This document shows positions 1-13,438 of a stretch of 64,000 nt of DNA, one piece after another (positions within the stretch are counted from its first letter, which is position 1; each line of letters starts with the position of its first letter). Under the pieces are notes generated by a model, which was not told the DNA's origin, ran no database searches, and saw nothing but the letters and a program-made list of their open reading frames with translations. The position numbers were made by a program, and so were the translations under genes. The stretch comes from Macrostomum lignano (Eukaryota). The DNA lies in contig NIVC01000236.1 in NCBI GenBank assembly GCA_002269645.1, positions 526,882-590,881 on the forward strand, given 5' to 3'.

Positions 1-3000
1 CTGCTGAAGCCTTGGCCTCCGCTGCGTCGGAGGGGGCGGCTGGGTGCGGCTCGACAGTAGCGGGTGGGGCAGCAGGTGTCGTGGATGTCGGCTGTTGGGC
101 TGCTGCGGTCGCTGGCTTAGCGGTGGCCCGCAGCTTGAGGAGGTCCTTCTGAACCGTCTGGCCATCGGCCGGCGGCTTCTCGATTGGCAGACCGCGACTG
201 GGCCGATGCGCTGGCCCGCTTAGCTGCGGCGGTGGCGACGGCTGGTGAATGCCGGCGGCTGCGGAACCGGCGGCGCTAGTTGAAGTCGCTGGTTTCTCAA
301 CGTGCACCTCCTCTTTCGTGTCCGGATTCACAATGGCCAGCCGCTTTCTTTCTCTTATTGGGGCCGCAGCCTCCTGTTGCTGCTGGCCAGCTTGCTGCTG
401 CTGCTGTGGCGCAGGCTGGTGCTGCTCAGGGCCGGGCCCGCCGTGCTGCATGAATGGCTGATGAGGCGCGGGGGCGGGTCCGGACGGGTGGAACTGAGCC
501 CTGGAGTGCAGCTGACCAGTCTGAGGCCGAGTGCCGCTAGCATAGGCGCCAGGCACGAACTGCTGAGGATATGCCGGATTTGGCTGCTGATGATGCGGCG
601 GCGGCGGCTGCTGCTGCATCGCCGGAATGCCGTAGGTTTGCGGGTTGGAGCCGGGGTAGTTGGCCATGGCGTTCCACGGCTGCATTGGCGGCTGTGTGGA
701 CGGGGTGAGTGTGGTTCAATAGAATTTCAGCGGTTTGAGCACGGCGGCAGCAGTAGAAATTATTAAAATTTGAAGCACAATATGAAGCAATTTTTTCTTT
801 AACTTCAATAATTTTATACCAAGTCCTCAAACTATTAAGAAACTCAAAGAAACTTAAGACAATTAAAATTATTCGAAATAAACAGTTATAAAATATAATA
901 ATTAACAGGCACTAAAATCGAGCTCATAAAACGAACAAAACAGCCGAGCGGCAGAAAAAGCACCGAAACTGGAACGGCCGGTTCTCACTTTTGCAATCAG
1001 CGGAGCGGCCATTGTGAACACCTGGAACTGTGGCTTTAAGCAGATTAAGAATATGTGACAGCATGGGAAAGATAGGGAGTATTCATACTAGTGTTTGCAC
1101 ACTTCAGAAACTTGCACCGACAATAGGTATAAAGAACCAACTTGGGCCTACTGTTTCTTAAAAAAACATTTTGGGTGCTGGTTTTGTGCGAAAAAAAACA
1201 GTGGAGATAGGCTTCTTTCCTACACAAAACGGCGATAGCTAATGCAGCCCTAAAACAGTTCCTCGTGCTTCTAATGATTTGTCCTCGCTGATATACACAA
1301 CTCCAACAGTCTGTTTTTAACTCACATAGCCTGGCGGAACTTGCGGGTGCTGCATGGGCATCATTGGCTGAACAGGCTGCTGCACATACGGCGCCATGTA
1401 CTGCTGCTGCATCGAGCTGGACGGAAACTGGCCTGGCATGTTGCCAGCTGGCCAGCCAGGCTGAAGAGAGCCGGCTCCCTGCTGCTGGTAGGCGGCATTT
1501 GGGTTCTGGCCATAGATCACCTGGGACTGCGGCTGTCCCTGTGAATACCGATAGTTCTGAGCCTGCACGTGAAAGTGGCAAAATGCTGTGCTGCAACCTC
1601 CAAGTTCTCCACAGCAGAGTTGATGCTGTTACCACAATTATAACCACAACTCATCAGCCATGGGTAATGTAAGTATTGTATGAAAAAAGTACTACAAAAA
1701 TTTGGTTGCTTACCAAGTGCGCACGATTTCCCTCTTGAAATTCCGTTTGATAAGGACCTAAATGAATAAAATATATCAAGTTTGTAAAATTATGAAAATC
1801 AATATAGAAAGAAATGGAATCTCAATATCTTACCTTGGATATAAGGGCTGTTTGGAGAGTTAGTTAATTTTGGCAGTTAAGGAAAATAAAGAACTTTAGA
1901 AAAAATAGTCACATTTATATGCTAGCTTTTTAATTTTAAATTAAGTTAACTAATCTATAAGCTATTAACCTAAAAACTAAATTATCTTACAGTATACTTG
2001 TTTAAGTAAAGCTAATTCAATTATCTCCTAGCTTGTGTTTTATATATAGCTACTTAGATTATACATTTGTTTTTGTAACATTTTCAGTAGTCTCATATGC
2101 CTAATTGCCAAAGAGAAACAATATTAATTGTTTAAATAAATATTGCTTTTATAGACCATGAGCTTTAAAATTGCCTTTTATTTATGAGATATTCATTAGG
2201 CAAGCAAAACTTGAAAAAAAGAATAATTTCATGGCTAATAATAAAATAATAATAATAATAATAATAATAATTGTTTATTATACCTGCCCTAAGAGATATG
2301 CAACCAATAGCTTAGTAGCAACTATTATGTAGCACATCTAAAGGGTATATACATAGCTATTTAGTTCAAGGACTAGGAAGTTGCCATATATACCTTTATT
2401 TATCTTGGCTAATGTTGGTACCCATGTTATAGGGGTCTCCCTAAAACACGCCCTGCACCACTACACATTCAAACAAATTAGACTATAACTGAAGACACTT
2501 CAAAATGTGTTTTATGTTAAGCTTTAAAGTTTTTTTATTAAATTTAGTTTTTTACTTTGAAATATAAAATTCGGTGAATAATAAGTGATATTAATAATAA
2601 TATTAATAAAATAATAATAATATAATTTAATAATGAAAATGAGAATATAAAAAATAATAATATTTATAATAATAATTAAAGATACTTATTCCATTACTCT
2701 TACAACAAATAGTTTTCCTTGCAATCAAATACTGCATTGACAAAAATTTTATAATGTATAGCAGTTTGGGGCAGTGCAATGCATGTTTTAGGAAGACCCA
2801 TGTTATAGCTAGGCAAATTGAAACAATATATAGTTAAATGTCTTGCTTAAGGACACAAATTGTTACAAATAAGTCAGAAATCCAAGCCTCAACCTTTTAG
2901 TTATAAATCTAGCATTCTAACTATAAGGCTATAACTTTTAGCCTTGTAACTAAATACTTGGAAAAATTGTTTTATTAATATATTGGTAAAGATCAAATTA

Positions 3001-3681
3001 TTAATTTCAAATGATATAAAAATAATACTAAACCAAATTAATCAATAAAAAAAATAGTTGATTTAATTTTTAATGTGGTAAGGAATTGTTATTGTTTTAT
3101 GTGTCATTAAAATATTGATACAAAACAATAGAAATTTTTAGTGATAATGCCAATGGTTTTTGTCTCTAACTTTAATTAGCTTACTTAATATAGTTATTAA
3201 TTATTTATATTAATAAAATCTATTTCTCCATAACTATAAAAATAGCCACTTTACCTTTTAAATCTAATGCATTTTATAAGTATATACAATGACTATAGTA
3301 TAAAATTTATACAATATTTATATACTATACGATATAATATAACCCTTTATTATTAATATCCCAAATCCCAAAATTTTATTTTTAATTTGATAATATTATG
3401 CTAAGTAATTCTACAAAAATTAAATATATAAAAATCTACGAGTAATAAAGAAATCCTTCTGTCTATTTAAAATTGAAGTTCTTGTTTTGGAAATTTTCAA
3501 ACCTTAGCTTACATAATTACAAAGTACAAATATAGCTAAGATTTAGCTGGCCAATTCAAAGACCTTTGAATTAGATACTGGTAGGGTCGGCATGAAGCTA
3601 CTTTAGCAGCATATAATATTTTTTAAAGATTTTTAAGAAAGGATACGGTTGTTGGTAGTCTTGTTGATGCCGGTTATTCAT
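1..3681 (-). CDS. eIF4G: eIF4G paralogue B, 5' part (runs off the left edge). Exons 3681-3647, 1847-1834, 1757-1714, 1562-1326, 691-<1
   Basis: Inverted homologue of the eIF4G exons at 30171-37260, with identical sizes for the first four exons (35, 14, 44, 237 nt), GT-AG ends and compatible phases. Protein MNNRHQQDYQQP..AQNYRYSQGQPQSQVIYGQNPN..PPMQPWNAMANY..PIRERKRLAIVNPDTKEEV is open to the window edge. Confidence 0.85.
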
Positions 3682-5539
3682 TTCCAGAAATATTGACGCT
3701 CTTTAAAATGACTCTCTACAATTAGAAAACAGGTAATGCAAAATGAAAGCATGCATATCAAGTTAAGTAATTAATACAGAATTTAAGAGAAAAGGAAAAA
3801 AATGAATAATCTTACCCATAAGAGAGTACAAACAACTTTTCGGAGGAAGCAAAAATTTGTATCCTCGTGCGGTTGCACAATATAGGCAAAACTTCTAATT
3901 TATATGAACTCTCAAATTATAACAAAACCTAGGTAAATCGAAGATGCATGAATTTTACCTCTGCAAAGCAAAATAGAGCCAGACTTGGATGATTTTGGTA
4001 ATTTTCGCATCTGATTTTTTAATAAATCGGCGTGTGCAGCCCATTACTTTACAAAAGAAAGGTCTACCGGTTAAAGTCAAAACTGGGGAGTCAGAAAATG
4101 TAGAAAAAAATTTGTTGTTTCAATTGGTAATTTTTTATACAATTTTTTATATTTCCGTTAAGTGGTCTCAAAAAAACATTTTTAAAGCACAAAATACACC
4201 TCTTAATAAATTTCCTACCCATTTGTTAATCTTCACTTTTACGGAACTGTACGGACGCAGAATCAGAAACTAAATATAGTATTCTAAAAATAAATGTTTT
4301 ATACAAACCCGTAAAAGTAGTTTTTATCTGAAAAAAATAGGTAAATATTGCAATAGATATTTTTTAAATAAATATTAAGCTGGATTTTGTTAAACTGCTT
4401 ACTTTGTTTACGTCGCGCCTGTTTGTGTTCTGAAATACTCTCGTTAATTTAGTTATCAGTTTCATGTTAATAAGTACTTTATTATTGATGTTTGGCCTGG
4501 TTCTTCTTACGGATGTGAAATATCAGCAAACTTTTTTGGATTGAATTAAATATGAGATTTAGATATTGATTACTGACTTCTGTATTTCAAGCATTGCAAA
4601 CGTCTAGCATCAATTTTCTGCTTATCTAATTTATGAACAATAATCGATCGAGGATTCTAGATATATGCTTTATTTTATAAGCCACGGCTTATGAATTGGC
4701 AAATGACTCATGAGACTGAGGTTTAAATAATTTTACTGAATAGAATGACAAATAAAGGTGTCTATCAAGTTTTTTTTATAAAATAGCTTTATCCACCGTC
4801 GCTCTTGTTTAACTATATTTTTGTTCTGAGGCATAATTTGTAGTCTAGTTCAGATTGCTATTTATATTTAACTGTCCGTGTCTTAGGCCTATTTGATTTT
4901 TTGCTAATGACGTAGTAATAAAAAATATAATGTAAATATAAAATTTTGTACAGCTTTACAGCTTAGGATTACTTCGAAACTGATATATGCTTTTTTACAA
5001 AAGCCATTGGGCCTTAGCTAAGTGATAATCTACCTTATGATTACTGATAATGATACTGTTTATTATAGCCATCACTATGCACTTTTAAGTATATATATAA
5101 TTTAAATTGCTAAATAATTAACAAGTAGCAAATAAAACTGGTAATAACTTTTTTAAACTTAAACTTTCTAGTTTCATATAATTTGCAATGTAAAAAGCTA
5201 TATAAAATGTGACTTGCACTATTCTTTAAAATGTATAATTGCAATATGTTTTCATTTGCATTATTTGTTACATTTATTTCATTTAAAGCTCACATTATGA
5301 GCTTTAAGAACTAAGAACATGTTAAAAGTTAAAAATGCAAAACCTGATATATTTGCTTTTAAAAAAATTAGAATATAGCATTATTTTATTATATATTTTA
5401 TTGTTTACAAACTGGCTTTAAATGCCTAGCAGGAGTGTTTCCTTTTATACTATAGTATATTTAATATACCAATAAATTCTTAACTTGCTTTAGTAGAAGT
5501 TTTTTAGACTTAAATGTAAGTAAAATATGTTAAATGTTT

Positions 5540-7469
5540 TTCACTTTAATTTATGCCATGCCAGAACTTCTTTGGGAGATCTTCTCAGCTGCATTTTATG
5601 ATATGCCTTTCATTCTGAGCTCTAAACCTGAGGCCTTACTTAAACAATGAAACTGGTGGACTTGCTGTATGTTACCTTTACATTTGGTTGAGTGAGTCTA
5701 GTGCTTTCTCCATGAACCAACCTGATCTGTCTGAGCAACCTGTTGCAATGTTGGCGACTCCTGCACCTAGCAGGCCACTTCTGCCCACAACTGGTTCAGG
5801 TGCTGCGCTGCTACTTTTGGATTCTGGCACCCAAGATTCTGGTGGCTATGTGGCCTACATTTTCTCTCAGACCACAAGACACACCTTTTTAGAACCTTAT
5901 GTTTTATAGTGTGTTTTATTGTATGGGCCTAGTGGCTATACCAAAAATCTTGTTTTGCATTTAAGTTAATAAAACTTCTGCTTCAGGAATTTATTACTTG
6001 TGCCTAAAAATTCTAAAACCTATTTCTGTTGCCTGTTCATCTTTTTCACTAAATCAAGAGGCATTAAGAGCTTCATTTAGAGCTCTGTGAGATTCACATT
6101 TGTATTGAAACTGTTTGGATAGGAGCATAACCATGCCCCCACCCAGATATCTTTTTTACCCTTCTTGAGGTAGCCATATTGATTTTCTGTTCTGGTCTGT
6201 GCAGACTGCTCTATACGTCCATGGCCATAGATTAAAATATTTGAGCTGATGCTGCTTTATTAATAAAACTTTTTATTATCAGATCAATGTGTTTGGGAAG
6301 TCGTGTTTTAAATTGTAGGCTCGTTTACTCGTATATTTGTTGAAATTAAGCAAGAGCTCATCAATCGTTTCGCGCTTGTTCCTGCAGTCTATCAATTGTG
6401 GGTCTGTAAGCCAAGCATATACCCATAAACTAATACGTGGCTGCTGGCAGCCACACATCATAGGTACATAGCTGGTTGAGCTTAAAAAGCACTTATTAAT
6501 TATATAAGGAGTATGCTATAGTCAAAATAAAAGCATCCTAGCTTTCAAAGCTAGAATGTTACAACGCTACCACGCTGAAGAGGGCTCGTACTCTCATGCC
6601 AGAGCAAACGCAGAAAAGTCAATACAAAAGAGGCCAAATTGCAACGTCAAAGTGAAAATAAGGCAGCACATACTGCCAGTGTTCTCAAACTCTGCTCGAG
6701 CAGCTCAGATTGGCCCTGCTGAAACTGAAGTGCAGCATACTGCCAGACTGTGCTCAAAATCTGCTTGTGTTGAACAAAGCTGAGTGACAGAGTCCAACTT
6801 GCAGCGATGCGCCAGACTGGATTCTGATCGACTACCCGCCGAACATAAGAGGTGGGGTTCTCTACAATGGTTGTCAATTATGTCGACACAAGTTGTTGCT
6901 GCGTGTAGCGATTTGTAGCGATTTTTATTTTCATTCCGTTTTCGAACAGCTGAAAGGTACATCTGTGGAGATGAACATTTTATTATTAGAGAGATAATGA
7001 GTGAACGCTTTGTCTGTATTTTTTGCTGTCTTCTTTCTATTCCAATAGGATTCTAGCACCATGCAGATTTCAAGATATTAAATTATGAGTTCCAAGTTAT
7101 TTAAGCATGATTACATAGTCTGTTACAATGCTATAACCTTCATGATGCCCCAAAATTATTGATCCTAGGTAAATCTGATGTCAGTTAAGCAGACCAATGA
7201 ATTTAAAGTAAATTTAAAGTCAATCAGACCTGATTATTTGGTGTTAGTAAGTGAAATCTGATTAATCTGGTGATCTTAGACTAGAATTGCTAGTCATAAA
7301 AAAATTTAAGTGATGGTCAATAAAAAGATGTTCAAAGTAATTTTTACAAAATTTACCTCAACTTATTCAGTATGAAATAAGCATAATAACTATCATTAAA
7401 AATAACTAAAGCCTAATTCATTACAAATTATACATTAAATGGCAATAAAATTATATTAGGTTGTCCCTG
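5540..7469 (-). mobile_element. Heavily decayed P-like transposon remnant (tentative)
   Basis: Terminus CAGGGACAAC on the minus strand at 7469 is identical to the terminus of the element at 22366. Weak translated similarity near 6880-6650 (NPTSYVRRVVDQNPVWRIAASWTL vs TPISVRDLLGFQPTLKRWSQL). The inner boundary is a guess. Confidence 0.35.
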
Positions 7470-9320
7470 CTGCAAAGCCAAAAAAATGCTTCTTTATAGG
7501 GTTCTTTGCAGTGCCTTGATGAAATATCTAAGCTTTTCATTGTACATGCTCCATACAGTGGGCTTCCGGAGAAAAAAATCATGACAAAAACTAACATTTA
7601 TGGCATTTAAGAGCCAACAAAGAGTACCATTTAGTAAAGAAAAAAAATGCTTCAAGCTTGATAGGTGTGTAATAACATATTTCAATTCTAAAAACTGGCA
7701 ATTATTCATTTTGATGCAACAGACTACTGGAGAAAATCACTTTGTGCTCTCTAACTATTAAAAAGTATTTTTATATTGTTATAGAATGTTATACAATAAG
7801 TATTATATTAGGCTTTTTCAATAAAAAGCATCGATTTTATGCTAAATTATTTTCTAAAATGTAAAAGTGAATAATCCAATTGGATACATCAATCTAGATT
7901 AGTTTTTAACATATTCTCATATGAGCATATAGGTGGGATGTCATAATCAATGTTTACTACCAAAACGAAGAATATTCGAACTACAGTAGGGTTTATACAA
8001 ATAAAGCATTACTCATGCATGCATTTAATGCAAATTAACTCAAAACTTTCACCATCTGTATTAATTCCTACATTTTTAGCCCTTATTTGTAAATTATATA
8101 GAATTTTTTTCACACGTGTTCAACGTGGTTGAAATTCCGCCAAAAAAATTATCGCTGAAAAGGACATATTTTGTCTTTTAGAGGAGCGAAAAAGACTAAT
8201 TTTACTTAGATTATAGTAAAATTATTTATAATTCACAGTTTAATGCAAGATTTAACCGGCCATACTCATTAGAAAACAGATACAATTAGGTATTACAAAG
8301 TTTGAATGGTGTAAACTCGCGATGCCCTCGTTTTGACTTTGCCCCCTACTATCAAACTTTTTCTCGGCCTTTTAAACCTTTTTGTAGTTGTTCCGCTTAC
8401 TGTCTACGTCATCTGCTTATTTGTAAAATTAATAATTTCATTTGAATCCGCGAACTTAAGCTACTGCGCCTCATTATATTTTCAAAAACGAAACTTGAAC
8501 ATAAAACAATAAAAACCTATAAAAGTATTATATTTCCGTTGCACTTGCAGCATAACATTACGCTTGTTTATTGATGTCGCATACATGCCCATGATAAGGA
8601 GGGCGCAATTTTCTATCTTCGTCTCCGTCTCTATTAGTTCTAGCAGCCCAATAAAAAAATTGTTTTTTTTCGCCAAGATTACTGCATGGATTTTAGATTA
8701 AGGTCACTGCGCGGACCAAGAAGCAACGCTGAAATGCAGTTACCAAGTCAATCAACCAACTTAATCATATGTATCAATATGCATCAATCATATAAGCTGC
8801 ATGGTATGCAAATCATCTGCCAGTAATGTTCTTTAATACAGTCTCAGCTAGCAGCGAAGCGGCAAGAACCCAGTGATCTCCTGCTGAAGGCTCTGATCAT
8901 CATCAGCGCTATCTGTCAGTCGACGATTGTTCAAATTTGAGGCCAAAAGCATGCAAATACATGTACATATGCTTCCTGGGAATTCAATAATGTAATTGCG
9001 CCCGTAAATTCAACGGTGCATGTACAGACATCTTGCAGTAGTCCTCTCGTAGTCCCCAGCAGTGTCCTTTTAATTGGCTATGACTTCGCGATGGACAGTA
9101 TAAAGATCGAGACACATCATGCAGGCTATATTTTTATCGAAGTAAAACCAGTCAGTGCCCTTGTCGAAAATTCGATTTCGTAAGAATCTGGTTTGTTGAG
9201 CCAGTTCGCACGGATTGGTGGTGACGGGTTTGGTCAGTCTGCTCAGTTTGCTCAGTTTGATTCCTGTTTCAAATTCTCCAGCTGCTTGTCTCGCTGTCTT
9301 CTCTTAGACATTTGGTAGGA

Positions 9321-9360
9321 CCTACTCGCAAGGACTACTTAAGTAGTCCTTGCCTACTCG
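9321..9360. mobile_element. P-type excision footprint: 24-bp palindrome between 8-bp target-site duplications
   Basis: CCTACTCG + CAAGGACTACTTAAGTAGTCCTTG + CCTACTCG. The inner ends match the CAAGGACAAC termini of the element at 15372-18439. Confidence 0.8.
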
Positions 9361-9890
9361 TAGCTGCTTGCCACGTACATCTTTGCTGACCATCTGACAG
9401 GAGTGGCGGGCCAAGAGCGCTCAGTTTTATTGCCGCGCCCTGAGGCCCGAAAAGCTCCGATGAAAGTGTTGTGTCGTGTAACCTGACAGACCAACTTAAT
9501 GATAGATAATATTTTACGAATATTTCTACTATAACGTAAATGCTACCTATATTATTATTATTGTCTATTACTTATACTGCCATTTTAAGTAGAGTAGTTG
9601 ATAAATTATCTGTATAATGTATTATTAATCACGTGATATCTCTAGTTCTTGAATTTATCGATCGTGCAGTTTTTCTAGTGTAGTTAAAATATCGATCATG
9701 TAGTTTTTCTTAAATAACAAAAATATAAATAAAGCAACTGTGCGCACCTAGCACTTTACTTTTCAACTCAACTGGAAAACTTCAAGCCTTGGCTACACAA
9801 CACAAAGGCTTAAGAAATTAGCCGAACCCGAGTCAATGGTATGCAGAAGTTTATGATCAAAGACCACTTGGAAGCTATCGTTTCTATAGA

Positions 9891-10570
9891 ATGATCATCA
9901 ACACGCTGAAGATCGAGGTGCTGACTGTGCCGGCCGACATTCCAGACCTTTTGACGTGCCGCGGCGCAGACGCGCAGACGACCAAGCTCGCACGCTGCCA
10001 GCGGTTCACCTACATCAGCGGTCTGGTGCCCCACGTGGAAGAGGACCCCCGCCAGCGCAGAGGACTTGCCTGGGCGGCCTTTCGTTCGATCCGAGCCGTC
10101 CTCCAGTCCGAAAGCGCTGCCTGACCGCCAGAGGGCTCGGCTGTGGCAGGCGGTGGTCGAAACCGTCCTGCTATACAACGCCGAGACGTGGACGCTGACG
10201 GCTACGCTAGAGCGGCAGCTGGACTCGGCGCACTCAGGGCTGCTCCGTGCGGCCTTTCGAGCTGACGAGAGCGTCGGGACCGAGGCCCTGTACGATCGGG
10301 CCAAGCTGCAGCGCCCGTCCATCATCCTGCGCCGGCGGCGACTTCAACTGGCGGGCCACGTGATCCGGGCCGAGGGCTACTGCCCCCAACCTGTTCGGGA
10401 CGTCCTGCTGCTCACCTTGCAGGGTCCGTTCAGGGGTTTCAGGCCTGAACCCGTCGATACGTGGACTGCCTGCTGTGCGATGCTGGGGCGCCCGACACTG
10501 CCAACGGAGCGGACTTTGTTCGCTCCCAGGCTCTGCGGCGCGCCATCTGAACCGCCCTGTTCTAACTGTG
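9891..10570 (+). mobile_element. 5'-truncated RTE-type LINE (C-terminal RT region), frameshifted
   Basis: Translations FTYISG..RRGLAWAAFRSI and RARLWQAVVETVLLYNAETWTLTATLERQLDSAHSGLLRAAF..RRRRLQLAGHVIR are typical of the RTE RT C-terminus. Confidence 0.85.
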
Positions 10571-11099
10571 ACCTTTGCTTGCGGGGCCGCGTATTTTGTT
10601 GTTATTTTTGTTGTTATAGAGTTTTTGAAATTTAGTACTCTCGTATATGAAAAATCTTTTTTTTCATATCCATTGTGCATCACCAACAGAAGTCAACCTT
10701 TAATTTATAACTTAAAACGCTTTCGTACCATCTACCATTTGCCGTTTACACATAGCCAAACTACATTCATTCTATGTTCACAAGTTTCCACTCCGAAAGC
10801 AGTGGTCAAGATTTCTCAGATCGCAGCTAGAAGTAAAATGAGTGCAATGATCCTGCAGGCTGCAGTTCAAGAGTAGGACTCAAATTAGCGCGGGTAAAAC
10901 AAACTCAAGTTCCTATGCAGAACTGAAAAGCTGCTTCTCAATTAGCCGCTCAGGTTGTATGGACTTGGAAAGGTTTTGAGAGTTTTTAATTGTAATTTTG
11001 CATGAGCGCTGGCGTTAACCGTTGGCTCTAAGTCTGATGTCGGCAGCGGTGCACTGCAGACAGGTATGAATTTGCATGTACACCAGTCACCATGCTCAT

Positions 11100-12926
11100 G
11101 TGAATTCATATGCCTTTTGTGTGCCTACGTACGCCATCATCGGCAGGCAGAGGAACACTGGGATTGACGTCCTGCGAGTCTGGCCACCACCGACAGCCGG
11201 CCAGCAGGTGCTGCAGGTCGCTGACGGCTTTCTCAGCGACACGAGATCTAGCGGAGTGCTCCAAGGACATATCGAGGACATCGGCAGGGTACTGCGTAGC
11301 ACGCCAGCGTGTTCAGTGGCATCGGCTACTTCACCGGGCCGCTTCATCCACATCCACCTCACCGACAGCGCCCACCCGGTCTGCCATGCACCGTCGAAGG
11401 TGCCGATCCACCTGGCAGGCGCGGTAGAAAAGGAACTTCAGCTGCTGGAACAGCTCGGGATCATCAGGCCCGTCAACGCAGCGGCACCGTGGGTCGCGCA
11501 GATGGTCGTCGTGCCCAAAAAGAGCCGGGTGAGGTGCGCATCACATAGGATCCCCGCAATGTCAACCGCTACGTCATCCGCGAGCGGCACCAGATTCCGA
11601 CTTTGGAGGAGGCGACCCGGGACATGGCCAGCAACGATAGCGGCGACGCAAGGGGGCCGGTGGGATACGGTCGCTCTGCGCGCTGCGAGAGGAGCTGTCT
11701 GCGGTGGACGGAGTTCTCCTTTGGCACCAGCGAATCGTCGTGCCAGCTGGTCTCGGCAGCAGATGCTCGAATTGGCCCAACCAAGGACATCAGTGCTCGC
11801 AGAAGATGATCGCCAGGCTCAGTGTGGTGGCCGAGGATGGCAACTTCGCACACACCAGCCGTTCGTGCTACGCCTCTGCAGCCGACGCCGATCCCCGTGG
11901 GCGCCTGGCTGTTGATCGGCGCCGACTTCGTAGGACCCATCAACAACAACATCGCTTCAGGATCCCGCAGGAGCTCGTGATAGACAATGGACCGCCCTTC
12001 TCTTCCAAGGAGTTCGGCCGGTTCTTGGCGAGCTACGGGACCAAGCACCGCCTCATCACGCCCTAACTACCCATCGGCCAACGGCATGACCGAGCGACTC
12101 AACTCCTCCATCAAAAAATTCGTGCGAGCAGCCCTCGAGAAGCGGCGGAACTGAAGGGCCGCTCTGGACGAGTGGCTGCTGGCCTACAGGAACACGCCGC
12201 ACACGGCCACCGCGCGCGCACCAGCCGTTGGCCGGCGGCAAAACGACGTCATCCCCGCTGCCCGGCCATCCTAGCGAGTCCGCATCAACAAGCAGCGGCT
12301 AAGAGAAGCGGACACCGGCGCCAAGGCGGCACAACGTCCGGGTCGGTGCTACGATGGCGGGTCGGTGCCAGCAAGACGCAGACGTCATTCGAGAGCGGTG
12401 CCCGGACAGTCCAGCGAGCAACTCGCTGCTGCTACGACGGGATGACACGACCTGCTGGTGGCACTGCACGGCGGTCAAGGTCGTCAGTCCCAACTTGGCC
12501 GACGCTGGCGCCAGGCCGCGGACCGCTACACCGAGAGCTCCAGATGAGGCGAGCCGAGACCAACCCGCCTCCTATTCAAATATCTTATTTTCTCAATATT
12601 TTAATCTCCGCATTATCGCTGAGCCTTTCGAGTTTTGAAATTTTTTGTTCTTTTTAATCGGGTTTCTTCTCTCTCAGTCTCTATTTTAAGGGGGAGAGAT
12701 TTAGTGTGCGTACGCACGGCATGTCGGCCCAAGTGTACGCTGATTGGCTGGGGAGTGGGTGGGTGTCGCCACCCCAATTCTAACTTTACCATATATAAAT
12801 GCGTGCCCAGCGCAGCGAGAGTGTAAGAGTTTGGTGGCTTCACCGACTGGCGCTGTCTCAATGTCCTATGATGACATTGTCGTTCATGTACCTCTCGAGC
12901 TCGTTCGCTCAGATAGCTATAGTACA
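11100..12926 (+). mobile_element. Degenerate, internally deleted Ty3/Gypsy element with PPT and 3' LTR
   Basis: RT-start motif VPIHLAGAVEKELQLLEQLGIIRPV..WVAQMVVVPKK; integrase motifs IPQELVIDNGPPFSSKEF and WLLAYRNTPH; PPT AAGGGGGAGAGA at 12688-12699, followed by an LTR-like segment about 12700-12926 with TATATAAA. Confidence 0.8.
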
Positions 12927-13438
12927 GTTTCCTGACTTTGATTTTGCTTGTAGACATGGGGGAAGGATTATGATGGACAATGCTCTTTCCTGTTATTGGC
13001 TTCGAGCGAATATAAATATCTCTACGCGGTAGGGCAAGATTTACTTGTACTCAAACTTCAAAATAATTTGCAGGCCAAGTAGGCATATTTTGGACTTACG
13101 ACAGGGTCGCTATTAGCTGTTTCAGAGTTGCAATTATCTCTGTTGAGTGCTAAACAGCTATTATTATTAGTATTGGAGAGTGGGAAGAAATATATAGTGT
13201 TAAATCTATTATTAAAAAGCACCTAAATATTTTGCTAAACACCTCCTTTGTTACTTTACAACGCTTTCCAAGCCTCTTCATAAGCCAAAAATAGACAATA
13301 AAGACTCAAAGCATTACAATTCAGCCAGTCAGCTTGCTACATCAATGGCGGTGTATATTTGCAGCGTTTAGGAAAAGCCGACGCGCTATCAGTCAGCGCC
13401 AGCAGCTTCGATGGCCCGCGAGGCTGGTATAGTCTGCA

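Noticed and set aside
3961-3968. CTGCAAAG as the partner TSD of the 7469 P-like end (would give a 3.5-kb element)
   Set aside because: The adjacent sequence CAAAATAG does not match the TIR; an 8-mer match can be chance.
6705-6962. NKNRY as a protein tyrosine phosphatase motif
   Set aside because: No other PTP motifs follow; a decayed TE explains the region better.
8700-9320. Possible hAT or zinc-finger transposase remnant on the minus strand
   Set aside because: Only a vague W-F-Y-F..C..C pattern is present, with no TIR or TSD, which is too weak to call.
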